Source: Octopus bimaculoides (taxonomy: Eukaryota). Taken from it: 64,000 bases of DNA. Below, in pieces: positions 52,465-64,000 of this stretch. Within the stretch, counting starts at the first letter, position 1. Every line of letters starts with the position of its first letter. A program made the position numbers and the translations under genes. Location: contig NC_069000.1 of the NCBI RefSeq assembly GCF_001194135.2, positions 34,703,099-34,767,098 of the forward strand. The letters are read 5' to 3'. Under the pieces are notes generated by a model that made no database searches, was not told where the DNA came from, and was given only the letters and a program-made list of their open reading frames with translations.

Positions 52465-53083
52465 TACATGTATTTAGTAAATGAATATATGTGTTCAACA
52501 GTTCTGTTCATGCAACACATGTTTCAATAATGATGACGGTTTCAAATTTTGGCTCAATATGTTAAATCATGAAACAAGAGCAATCTATTCTGCAGATTTA
52601 ATGCAAGGCTTGGTTCCAAATTCCAGGATCCCAAGAATGTTACTAAACAAGGCTGGCACCCGAAGAAGGCTACAGGGTACAATGACCAAAATACTGTGAT
52701 GAAGACATGCCAAGATTCCGACACTAGTCTATAAATATTTGTGTATCATCATCATCATCATCATCGTCATCATCATCATCATCATCATCATTTAACGTCC
52801 ATGTTCCATGCTGACATGGTTGGAAGGTTTGAATAGAATTTGATAGGTCCAAAGACATCTGCATGTTCTAGTGTCTGCTCTGGCATGGTTTCATAGGCTG
52901 GAAGCCCTTTCAAATGCCAACCATTTTAAAGCATTTACTGTATAACAGAATGGTAGTTCTTTGTCTCAAAGATTCAGGCAAACGTGTTTAATGCTTCATT
53001 TACTTTAAAATATTTGATGTTAATTAACTGATAATTAATTATTCTTGTAAATATTAATGCTTTTTTTTTTTTTTCTTCGTCAG

Positions 53084-53698
53084 GTGACTGTGGAAGCCAC
53101 CCTGGAACATCCTTTCTTTGTTTTTGGTAAAGGATGGTCATCATGTTGTCCCCAACGAACGATAAAGCGCTATGGACTTGACTGCCACAAGTTATCAGTT
53201 GGGGATGTCTGCATATCTTTGACACACAAAGAAGCGCCCAGAGATATGATCCATCCCCAATACCCGCAGAGCTTTAAGGGGACCAAAATCGACGGAGAGG
53301 CCCACTCCAACTTCCGAACTGCTAGTACTACTTCTACTATGAATACAACTCTATCCACAACATCAGCATCATCCCCAGTGTCTAATTGCCAACAAAACCA
53401 ATCAACTTATTTAAGTCGGCACTGCAGCCCTCCGGCAGCTATGAGCTTCGGTCATAAACAAACTACAACACACAGTACCGAGACTCAGACAAATTTAGCC
53501 CCAGAAGATATTAGTAGCAATAAAAATGGCACCGCTACCAACACTAGCAATAACGGTAGTGGTTTAGGGGTTCAACAGGTACGCAAAAGGCGTTGGTCAG
53601 CTCCGGACAAAATAAAAGTTGAACCAATTGCTGAGTTCGACAAATCGGCTTCCATTATTGCTGAAGACAGTAAAACCAACGTCACCAAAAATGACTGA
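53084..53698 (+). CDS. ATXN1: Ataxin-1 homolog, terminal coding exon (C-terminal half of AXH, NLS/phospho-motif RKRRWSAP)
   Basis: Acceptor (T)n-cttcgtcag|GTG, phase 0. Encodes VTVEATLEHPFFVFGKGWSSCCPQRTIKRYGLDCHKLSVGDVCISLTHK (AXH) and VRKRRWSAPD; TGA stop at 53696-53698. Confidence 0.95.
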   Translation: MTVEATLEHPFFVFGKGWSSCCPQRTIKRYGLDCHKLSVGDVCISLTHKEAPRDMIHPQYPQSFKGTKIDGEAHSNFRTASTTSTMNTTLSTTSASSPVSNCQQNQSTYLSRHCSPPAAMSFGHKQTTTHSTETQTNLAPEDISSNKNGTATNTSNNGSGLGVQQVRKRRWSAPDKIKVEPIAEFDKSASIIAEDSKTNVTKND

Positions 53699-53810
53699 GA
53701 ACTTCTGTGGATGTATCTATGTGTGTGTGTGTGTGTGTGGTAGTGTGAACGCGTGAGTGCATGTGCAATAGTAGGATGAGGTGATATTTACTGCTGCTAT
53801 TGAGTAGTCT

Positions 53811-53816
53811 AATAAA
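53811..53816 (+). promoter_or_regulatory. First AATAAA downstream of the ATXN1 stop (possible proximal polyA signal)
   Basis: AATAAA about 113 nt after the stop. The region is AT-rich and other hexamers occur further downstream. Confidence 0.25.
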
Positions 53817-54930
53817 GGGGTAGAGGTGGAGTGAAAGAAGGGGTGGGGGTTGGGGAATATGTGGCAATGGTACGAAAAGAAAGAGGGAATAAAACTGTGG
53901 ACTAAATGAAAAAGGTGAATGGATTTCATAGGGAAAATCTCAAATGTTTAAAGAAAGAGGAAGATGAAGAAATGGCTAATTTGCAAATAAGGAATTTTTA
54001 AAAAAGACAAATGTGTTAAAAAAGTTAATTGGTTAAATTTAATGAAGTTTTATTACTGTCTATCATATACATAACATATATAGATATAGATATATAATAT
54101 ATAAATATATATATATATANNNNNNNNNNNNNNNNNNNNNNNNNNNNNNNNNNNNNNNNNNNNNNNNNNNNNNNNNNNNNNNNNNNNNNNNNNNNNNNNN
54201 NNNNNNNNNNNNNNNNNNNNNNNNNNNNNNNNNNNNNNNNNNNNNNNNNNNNNNNNNNNNNNNNNNNNNNNNNNNNNNNNNNNNNNNNNNNNNNNNNNNN
54301 NNNNNNNNNNNNNNNNNNNNNNNNNNNNNNNNNNNNNNNNNNNNNNNNNNNNNNNNNNNNNNNNNNNNNNNNNNNNNNNNNNNNNNNNNNNNNNNNNNNN
54401 NNNNNNNNNNNNNNNNNNNNNNNNNNNNNNNNNNNNNNNNNNNNNNNNNNNNNNNNNNNNNNNNNNNNNNNNNNNNNNNNNNNNNNNNNNNNNNNNNNNN
54501 NNNNNNNNNNNNNNNNNNNNNNNNNNNNNNNNNNNNNNNNNNNNNNNNNNNNNNNNNNNNNNNNNNNNNNNNNNNNNNNNNNNNNNNNNNNNNNNNNNNN
54601 NNNNNNNNNNNNNNNNNNNNNNNNNNNNNNNNNNNNNNNNNNNNNNNNNNNNNNNNNNNNNNNNNNNNNNNNNNNNNNNNNNNNNNNNNNNNNNNNNNNN
54701 NNNNNNNNNNNNNNNNNNNNNNNNNNNNNNNNNNNNNNNNNNNNNNNNNNNNNNNNNNNNNNNNNNNNNNNNNNNNNNNNNNNNNNNNNNNNNNNNNNNN
54801 NNNNNNNNNNNNNNNNNNNNNNNNNNNNNNNNNNNNNNNNNNNNNNNNNNNNNNNNNNNNNNNNNNNNNNNNNNNNNNNNNNNNNNNNNNNNNNNNNNNN
54901 NNNNNNNNNNNNNNNNNNNNNNNNNNNNNN

Positions 54931-54991
<61 letters not shown>

Positions 54992-54998
54992 ATATATA

Positions 54999-55029
<31 letters not shown>

Positions 55030-56513
55030 GAATTACAGGACATCATTAACCATCCTAGTTATTGCAATATTAAAGTATTAATATCAAGTAAAAAGTGTTA
55101 ATTCTAGTTTTGAATTTCCCTACCTATAAATCATTGTCAATGAACTAGCTTGATACATATCTGCATGTAAGATATATATATATATATATGTAGTATATAC
55201 ATAGAAAAAGAGATTGATCTCTTTAAGTGTTTTCCAGTGAAATAAAAGTATTTTGTTTTATTTGCAGCCACTCTTTTATTAATAATGCTTGAATTTTGTA
55301 GGAAGCATTATTAATGAAAGAGGTGGGCTGCACCTACCCACATTAAAATTCCCTACTCCTGCTACCAGCAAAAAAAAAAGAAATGCAAACAAAGAAAATC
55401 AAAGTGTGATGGCAACCATTTCGTTGTTTCTTGCTTGTCAAAGTGAAGTTGATGCAAGATAATTTTGTATTCTTCATCACTGTTTCAAATCGTCACCTCA
55501 TCTCATACACTTCACCTTGCAAAATACCCTTGTTTGAGACAGCAGCAGGTGGAATAGGATGTGGAAGAAAGGCGTCAACATCACAACATCCCATTCTTCT
55601 TCCTCTCTCCCTTTCACTGAAATTGTAAAATGTTGAAAGCAGGCAAAGGGGAAGAAAAATGGTGAAACCAAAATTGTCCGTGATTTTTTTTTCCTCAATT
55701 CTGGTCACTAAAGCAGCATTTGCCTGCACTCTTTAATTTTAATGGGGATCATTTTTTTTATGAATTTTCATTGGTTAAAAACCTGGATGGATAATTTAAA
55801 GCACAATCTTTTACTGAAAATGCTGTCACTTTCTAGAAGAGGAAATTCTTACTTCTCTAAAAAGAATTTAGGATGTTGCCTGTTGTTTTTCTTTGTTTTC
55901 CTTTTCTGAAGAACGGTTTTCATTTTAACAAAAAAAAATAATATATATCTGTATGTGTGTGAGTGTATACATATATGTGTGTATGTCTGTGTGTGTGTGT
56001 ATACATGTATTTAATAAATGAAGATGAATACATATTCAACAGTTCAGTTCATGCTACACATGTTTCAGTAGTGTGGCAATTACTTGCACTCAATGTATTA
56101 CATCATTATTTTACATGCTAAACTACCCCACATTTCATCAGGCATCTTGCAAACCAGTGGAAGACGAAAATCAGTCTATATATGCGTGTGTCTGTGTGTG
56201 CGTTTTTGGATACACAAACAGTAGACTGCATTTATTTATTTGAATCTGATGATTTTCTATATGTATGTGTATATATAATAATATATATATATATACACAC
56301 ACGCATTGATGATGATGATATTTATACACACACATATATATACATGTGTATGTATACACATACACACACACATACGTGTCTATATAAATAAAAATACACA
56401 CACATACATGTATATATACACATATATAGACAGATATATATAAATTTTATTTTTTCTGATTAAAAGAATTTTTACAAAACAAAAACAATCTCATGTGGAT
56501 TATCGACGATGAT

Positions 56514-56556
<43 letters not shown>

Positions 56557-57133
56557 TTGATAATAACAATTACCTTTTCTTCATCGTTTCTCCACTTAAA
56601 AGTAAACATGGAGACTATGGCAGTGAAAGCCAACCTTCTCTATCATGATAACTATTTACGCACACTACTTTGTCTAGTTTCATCCATTGACTTTCTATTG
56701 GTTTTTGTTTGTGTTTTTTTAAAGTTATTTTGTGATGACAGTAAAGAAATCTTGTCATATTTTACTGATGAATTTTATACATATACATATGTCCGTGTGT
56801 GAATGTATATGTGTATGTATATGTATGGGATAATAGGAAGTATGAAATGCAATGATGTGGGAAAAAAAATAGTACTCAATACAGTTGGGTAGAGCAGAAT
56901 AATATCCATTGAAAACTATGTATATAGCATAGGCCAGATACACAGATTCACTTACAATCTTAACTACAATACATAGACATATTTGTAAGCAACTCATACA
57001 CACATGCACACACACAAACAAACACACACACACATGCATTACTCACACCTGCCACATAACAAGATACCACTTCATCAATTCCTGTTTCAGTCTATAGATT
57101 ACCAAATCTATATAGTATCGCAATATGTAAGCA

Positions 57134-57193
<60 letters not shown>

Positions 57194-59051
57194 ATTCTTT
57201 TGAGTACTATATTGCTGGTTATGGTGTATAACAGATCACTATGTTGCTGATGGTTGCTCTTGGCAATGCCAGTCTTGTTAGTATTGCCAAGTGCAATAGT
57301 CAGCACAAAACTAAATAACATTCTGTCCACTAATATACCATAAGTAGTAATATATATAGCCAGGCAATACAAAAGCATAACTTCTCAATTTCTTTTCTAA
57401 GAGTTGTGTTTTTCTGCAACCTTTGGACAACTATCCCCTTATCTCAAAAGCATTTTAATATGCATGTTTCAGATTTTGTGTAATATACAATAGGAAATAC
57501 ATCCCTTTACAAATAATCTTCTTCAGTTAATACATTTCAAAATATACACATTAAATGCTCTCAAAATATTTGGTTTGTCCACATATATACATACATATAT
57601 AATATCTATATTACTGACAGTAACTTTGAAATTTCATCAAATGGTTGATTCAAATTACACTTTTTTTAGAATCTGCTCTTGTATTGAGTCCTGTTTGCAG
57701 GCTGTATCTATTGTTTGTAAACTTTATATGTGTGTGTGTGTGTGTATTTATGTATGTATATATATGTGTGTGTGTATGTATATCTATATGTATGTATATA
57801 GATGTGTCTACACATACAAGCCAGAAGCATATTTAATGTAGAAGCACACAGGAATGGAGGAATTACATGTTTGGGGGATATTTCAAGACTGGATCTACTT
57901 GTTGGAGAAAAACAATGGATTAAATTATTTAAGAGAAAATAAAAGAAGAAGGAAAACAACAAGGAAAACTGAGTAATTAGTTTTTATGGTAACGAAACCT
58001 TTGCTGATTTAGATATTGTTGTCTCCTTCCCATTTATCACCCCTTACAATCCCACTCCTTTTAACTTCTTCCATCGTCACTGTTGCATCTCTTTAAACCC
58101 ACCACTTGTGTTCCTCGTTTCACTAGAACCCATATACTTTATTGCTTAAAGCCTGTCCCTTGCTCGGAATGAGACGATTGCATTGCTACTCTTTGGATGC
58201 TGAACATTTTGGTCCGACTGATGAGGCATTTAGCCTTCGTTTTGGCTGCAGTACTTTTCGGCACTGGAGGCAAACACACACACACACAGAAAGAGAGAGA
58301 GAGAGAGATAGAGAGATAGAAACATTTTCTCTCTTCATTCGCATAAAGAGAAATAACGCTCACGTACATAAACAGAGAGAGGATAAGAAAAACACTACGA
58401 TGTCTGGTGTCAAATCAGCAAGACCAAATAGGCAGTGCCAAAACAGCCATACCAAAATGTTTCTTACCCAATTCTTGCTCTGTCCCCTCTGTCAACATCA
58501 CCCAACATAAAAGGACATCCTCTCGTGTTTCATCTGTTGTTTTTTTCTTTCTTTCTTTCTTTTTCAGTTTAACATATTTTCTCTCTTTCTCTTTCTTTCT
58601 CTGATTTTCATTATTGTTGTTCTTGTTGCTGTTGCTGTTGTCATTGCTCTTCATTTTCTCAGTTTCAAATCCTGCCAATGTATCAACTCCTTTTCTTTCA
58701 TTCATCTTTCAAGGCCTGATTTAAAAAAAAAAAAAAAGTATTAAATACAGGGTGTGTGTGTGTGGTGGATTGAATCCATTTATCTACCCCCACCCCATTC
58801 CCCTCAGTTTCCAACCTTGCTCCCATTTTAGAAATTAAAGAACTGTGGATTGACAGAATCATTCAAGCATCTGACAAAATACCTTGCAGTATTTCTTCCA
58901 ATTCTTTACATGCCTCATCATCATCATTATCATTTTAACTTCAACTTTGTCTTTGATCTCTCCATGTTCGATAAAATAAAGAACCAGCCAATCAGTCAGA
59001 ATTACTAGCCTTGAGCCCAATTCAAAAAAACATTATTATTATTATTGTTGT

Positions 59052-59363
59052 TATTTACTTTTAATTTGAATGTTTGTTGCAATTACTTCTGGAAACATAC
59101 CCAGCACCCTAAGGCAAGTGAAGGATAAGAGATGTTACAGTATAACTGAAAGCTTGGGGAGGGTAAGTGGCAGGGGCAGTAGCGAAATATCTCCAGACAT
59201 TTAAATTGATAGGGTTTTTTCTAAGGATGCGGGCAGTACTTGTCAGCACAATCTTCTGGATTTCTCTGAGACATGGTTCTCCTGGGATGTTGTCTAGATG
59301 TTTCTGACATCCCCCTTTTTATTATTTTTAGTTTTTTTTATATATCATACCTGGGGCACCTAC
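59052..59363 (-). mobile_element. R4/Dong-like 3' fragment with 3' UTR
   Basis: Minus strand VGAPGMI...KGCQKHLDNIPGEPCLREIQKIVLTSTARILRK, bounded by (AAT)n on both sides. Confidence 0.75.
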
Positions 59364-59378
59364 ATTATTATTATTATT

Positions 59379-59487
59379 CTCAGTGACACTTTTGCTCTGG
59401 CAAATGTTATACCAACACTATACCAAAAAAGCAAGCTATATCCAATGGCCAACATCCTCCTTAGAATCCTTACTGTTCCTAACTGTT
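59379..59487 (-). mobile_element. Second R4/Dong-like 3' end
   Basis: Minus strand LGTVRILRRMLAIG between (AAT)n tracts. Confidence 0.5.
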
Positions 59488-60196
59488 ATTATTATTATTA
59501 TTATTATTATTAAGGTATATTTCATCCGCCTTTACATTCTGAGTTAAAATTCCACTGAGGTTGACTTTCATCCTTTCAGAGTCAATAAAATAAGTACCAG
59601 TTGAGTNNNNNNNNNNNNNNNNNNNNNNNNNNNNNNNNNNNNNNNNNNNNNNNNNNNNNNNNNNNNNNNNNNNNNNNNNNNNNNNNNNNNNNNNNNNNNN
59701 NNNNNNNNNNNNNNNNNNNNNNNNNNNNNNNNNNNNNNNNNNNNNNNNNNNNNNNNNNNNNNNNNNNNNNNNNNNNNNNNNNNNNNNNNNNNNNNNNNNN
59801 NNNNNNNNNNNNNNNNNNNNNNNNNNNNNNNNNNNNNNNNNNNNNNNNNNNNNNNNNNNNNNNNNNNNNNNNNNNNNNNNNNNNNNNNNNNNNNNNNNNN
59901 NNNNNNNNNNNNNNNNNNNNNNNNNNNNNNNNNNNNNNNNNNNNNNNNNNNNNNNNNNNNNNNNNNNNNNNNNNNNNNNNNNNNNNNNNNNNNNNNNNNN
60001 NNNNNNNNNNNNNNNNNNNNNNNNNNNNNNNNNNNNNNNNNNNNNNNNNNNNNNNNNNNNNNNNNNNNNNNNNNNNNNNNNNNNNNNNNNNNNNNNNNNN
60101 NNNNNNNNNNNNNNNNNNNNNNNNNNNNNNNNNNNNNNNNNNNNNNNNNNNNNNNNNNNNNNNNNNNNNNNNNTTAGAATCCTTACTGTTCCTAAC

Positions 60197-60227
<31 letters not shown>

Positions 60228-60232
60228 TCACC

Positions 60233-60555
60233 AAGATCAACTTTGCCTTTCATCCTAACGAGGTCATTAAAATAAGTGCCAGTTGAACCCTAGGGTTGAT
60301 GAAATTGACTCGTCCCCTCCCCCACAATTGCTGCCCTTGTGGCAAAACTCTTGAAGCCATTATATTATTAGCACGCCGGGCGAAATGCTAATATTTCGTC
60401 TGTCTTTACATTCTGAGTTCAAATTCTGCTGAGGTCGACTTTGCCTTTTATCCTTTCAGGGTCAATAAATTAAGTATTAGTGAAACACTGGGGGTCAATG
60501 TAATCAACTAGTCTCCTCACCCAAAATTTCAGGCCTTGTGCCTTTAGTAGAAAGG

Positions 60556-60593
<38 letters not shown>

Positions 60594-63192
60594 GAAGGCA
60601 GTGAGTTGGTAGCGTGCCAGACAGAATGCTGAATGGCATTTCTTTCAGGTATTTACATTCTAAGTTCAAATCCTGCCAAGGTTAGCTTTGCCTTTTATCC
60701 TCAGGGGTGGGGGTTTAAAATAGAGAACTGACCCCTTCCCCTCGAAATTGCTGGTCTTGTATCTAAATTAGAAATAATAATAATAATAATAATAGTAGTA
60801 GTGGTAATTATCATCGTTTCCACTATCGTTGTTATCATCAGTAATCACCAGGATTCTAGGGTATTGGATTAAAATGTATTACAGTTGTCATCATCATCAT
60901 CATTTAACATCCCTTTTTCCATGCCGGCATGGGTTGGATGGTTTGACAAGAACCGGTAGACTGGAGGGCTGTAGTGAGCTCCAGTGTCTCTTTTGGCACA
61001 GTTTTTACATCTGGATACCCTTTTTAACATCAACCACTTTACAGAGAGTACTTTGTGCTTTTTTGCTTTTTTATTTCTTTGTGGCACCAGCATGAGTGAG
61101 GTTGCTAAGTATCAGATGCCCTCAAGTGAGTTGAGTGTATAATATTGAGGAATATAAGTGTATGCTGAAATGTAAATATATGAATTCTCTTGCTGGATAG
61201 AGACAGAGAGGCCTTGTGCCAAAACTTGAAACCATTATTATTAAGGCGGAGAGCTGGCAGAATCGTTAGCACGCTGGGTCAAATGCTTAATGGTATTTCA
61301 TTCATCTTCACATTCTGTGTTCAAATTCTGCCAAGGTTGGACCTTGCTTTTCATCCTGTGGGGGTGGGGGTGGGTCAATAAACTAAGTACCAGTGAAACA
61401 CTGGGGTCGATATAATCAACTATCCCTCTTCCCCAAATTTCAGGCCTTGTGCCTATAGTAGAAAGGGTTATTATTATTATTATTAGATCTGGAAGTTACA
61501 AGTGAGCTGGTAAACTTGTTATGGTAAAAGGAAAAAAAAAACCTCTTTACAGTATTTCTTCTGAGATTTTGCAATTTTAGTTCAAATCCTGCTGAAATCA
61601 ACTTTACTTTTGGGCCAGTGAGCTAGCAGAATCATTAGTATATATGGTGAAATGCTTAGTGGCATTTTGTGCACCTTTACTTTCAGAATTCAAATTCTGC
61701 CATGGTTAACTTTGCCTTTCATCTTTTTGGTTTACGCACTGGGGTTGATGTAATCGACTTTGGCTGCCCCAAATTTGCTGATCCTGTGCCAAAATTTCAA
61801 ATCCTTATTATTAAATCTGGAGACTCATCAGAAGCTTTCCTTTATATTGTGTGACATCAGGATAGAGAGGTAGTGGGGAGGGGGGTATCGGAGTTAAATC
61901 CCTAGGGTTTCACAATTCAAATTCTTCCTATGTTGTTAGCTTTGCCCTTCTTTCTTCTTGGGCTGTCATTTATAGTCTCAGGTCAAATTTAATCAAACAA
62001 TACATTAATCAAATGCAGTCTGGCCATGACCATCTTGGTGCTTTTCTGGAAGGGTCTCTTGGACTACATTACCCATGTATTTTCTTCTTTTGTTTTTCCA
62101 AGACAGTTAAGTGTGTTTTTTGGGTGATTTAGCTGCTGTTTCTACCAGATCAAGCAACAACTTTGGAGACCTAACTGTCAGTTGTTAGAATAAGTACCAG
62201 GAATATTCTAGTGTTTATTCCATTAGAAATACTTTTTTCCCTTCCCCAAGACTTTATTGTATAACTGGGTAAATGAAGGAAACTGTTCAGAAGCCTGTCA
62301 GATGAATAGATAGAGTGTACCCGTAATTCAAAGGTCCAGCTTTGTTCCAGACTGTGTGTGTCACTGATTTTTGCTTGAGTAATATGTTAAGGGCACACAT
62401 GTCTGTGGAATACTCAGCCACTTACTGAGCAGGTTGGATAGTTGACTAAACAACTGTATATTCTCTTTTCAGACTGCCAGATATTATTGTTGTTATTACT
62501 GTTACTTTTTTGTTACTATAAAGAAAGAATTATTATTATTATCAGGCAGCAAGTTGGAAAAATCATTAGCATGCTGGACAAAATGCTTAGCAGCATTTCT
62601 TCTGGTTTTATTTTATGAGTTCAAATTCTACCAAGGTCAACTTTACCTTTTCTCCATTGGGGGTTAATAAAATAAGTACCATTTGAGTTCAGGGTTGATC
62701 TAATTGACTAGCCCCCTCCTCCCAATATTTCAGGCCTCGTGCTTATTAATAGAAAGGATTATTATTATTATTATTATCAAGGCTATGAGCAGGCAGAATT
62801 GTTAGTGGTATTTTGTTTATCTCTACGTTCTGAGTTCAAATTCTGCCAAAGTTGACTTTGTCTTTCATCCTTTCAGGGTCGATGAAATAAGTACCAGTTA
62901 TGTACTGGGGTTGATGTAATCGACTATCCCCCTCCCAGGCCCTGTGCCTTTAGTAGAAAGGATTATTATTATTATTATTATTATTATCATCATTATAAGG
63001 TAGTAAGCTGTCAGAATCCTTAGCACATCAGGTAAACTACTTAGCAACATTTTGTCTGTCTTTACATTGTGAGTTCAAATTCCTCTAAGGTCAGATTTGC
63101 CTTTCATGTTTGCGGGTTCAATGAACTAAGTACCAGTTATGCACTGGGCTCAATGTAATCCACTCGCACCCACCCATTTCAGCCCTTCAAAG

Positions 63193-63241
<49 letters not shown>

Positions 63242-63856
63242 CAAGGCAGTAAGCTGGCAGAATCATTTGCATGCCGGGTGAAATGCTTAGCTACAAGGTT
63301 GACTTTGCCTTTCATCCTTTTGGGGTTGATGTAATTAACTTAACCTCTCCCCGCAAATTTCAGGCCTTGTGCCTATAGTAGAAAGAATTATTATTATTAT
63401 TATTATTATTACTATTTTAAAAGGCGGTGAGCTGACAGAACCGTTATCACACCAGGCGAAATGCTTAGCTGTATTTCGTCTACCGCTACGTTCTGAATTA
63501 AAATTCTGCCGAGGTCAACTTAGCCTGTCATCCTTTCGGGGGTCGATAAATTAAGTACCAGTGAAACACTGGGGTTGATATAATCGACTAGTCCCCTCCC
63601 CCATAAATTTGAGGCCTTGTGCCGCTAGTAGAAAGGATTATTATAAGGCAGGGAGCTGGCATAATCTTTTCTACATCAGGCAAAGTGCTTAGCAACATTT
63701 CTTCCCAATGCTTTACGTTCTGAATTCAAATCCCTCTGAGTTCAACTTTAGCTTTCATCCTTTCAGGACTGATAAAATAACGTAACAGTCAAGTATGGGG
63801 TTATTATAATCGACTGTCCCCTCATGCTAAAACTGCTGGCCTTGAGCCAAAACTTG

Positions 63857-63860
<4 letters not shown>
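60233..63860 (+). mobile_element. Cluster of about a dozen co-oriented SINE family B copies separated by (ATT)n
   Basis: Repeated aaggcggtgagctggcagaatcgttagc...gttcaaattc...gtgcctatagtagaaaggattatt units, all on the + strand, of varying divergence. Confidence 0.85.
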
Positions 63861-63953
<93 letters not shown>

Positions 63954-63968
63954 TATTATTATTATCAT
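63860..63968. repeat. (ATC)n microsatellite
   Basis: About 30 perfect units then (ATT)n. Confidence 0.95.
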
Positions 63969-64000
63969 TTTTACCGAAGACTCATCAAATGCTGTTCTTT

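Noticed and set aside
56270-56430. Pumilio elements (TGTAHATA) in the putative 3' UTR
   Set aside because: Matches lie within (TA/TG)n microsatellite where they arise trivially.
58218-58240. CTGATGA-GGC-ATTTA-GCC hairpin
   Set aside because: It is followed by TTCG rather than GAAA; incomplete core.
59461-60200. Repeated ttagaatccttactgttcctaactgtt on both sides of a gap
   Set aside because: Probably a haplotype or assembly duplication at gap edges; cannot be resolved here.
136-60275. Most ORFs in the supplied track (YIYI, HTHT, VCVC, poly-N/I/H/T/V, X-filled)
   Set aside because: They are translations of microsatellites, SINEs or N-gaps with no domain content.

Overview
Repeat-rich, AT-rich animal genomic DNA with about 23 N-gaps totalling roughly 7.5 kb (about 12%). 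The repeat families and (AT)n/(ATT)n/(ATC)n microsatellites suggest a cephalopod, probably Octopus (inference). One protein-coding gene is well supported: an ataxin-1 (ATXN1, AXH-domain) homolog on the + strand. It has a 1570-nt exon (46724-48293) and a terminal exon (53084-53698), joined by a phase-0 intron that splits the AXH domain. A candidate 8-nt start segment (40690-40697, ATGAACAG|GTGAGT) has the right phase and gives a predicted 730-aa protein with two CAA-rich polyQ tracts and the RKRRWSAP motif. The rest of the window is intron/UTR-like sequence full of tRNA-derived SINEs and fossils of mariner, RTE and R4/Dong-like elements, plus a TTAA-flanked MITE, Helentron-type elements and Penelope-like terminal repeats. 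Almost all other entries in the ORF track are microsatellite or N-gap artefacts. There is no evidence of CRISPR, rRNA or true tRNA genes. The most unusual observations are three. (1) A minimal hammerhead-ribozyme-like fold with a swapped G3:C8 core pair sits inside a 57-bp palindrome (8422-8472). (2) SINE dimers and trimers are each bracketed by a single target-site duplication, suggesting multi-template reverse transcription. (3) Orientation-locked SINE arrays appear to self-seed in (ATT)n. I cannot establish novelty without database searches.
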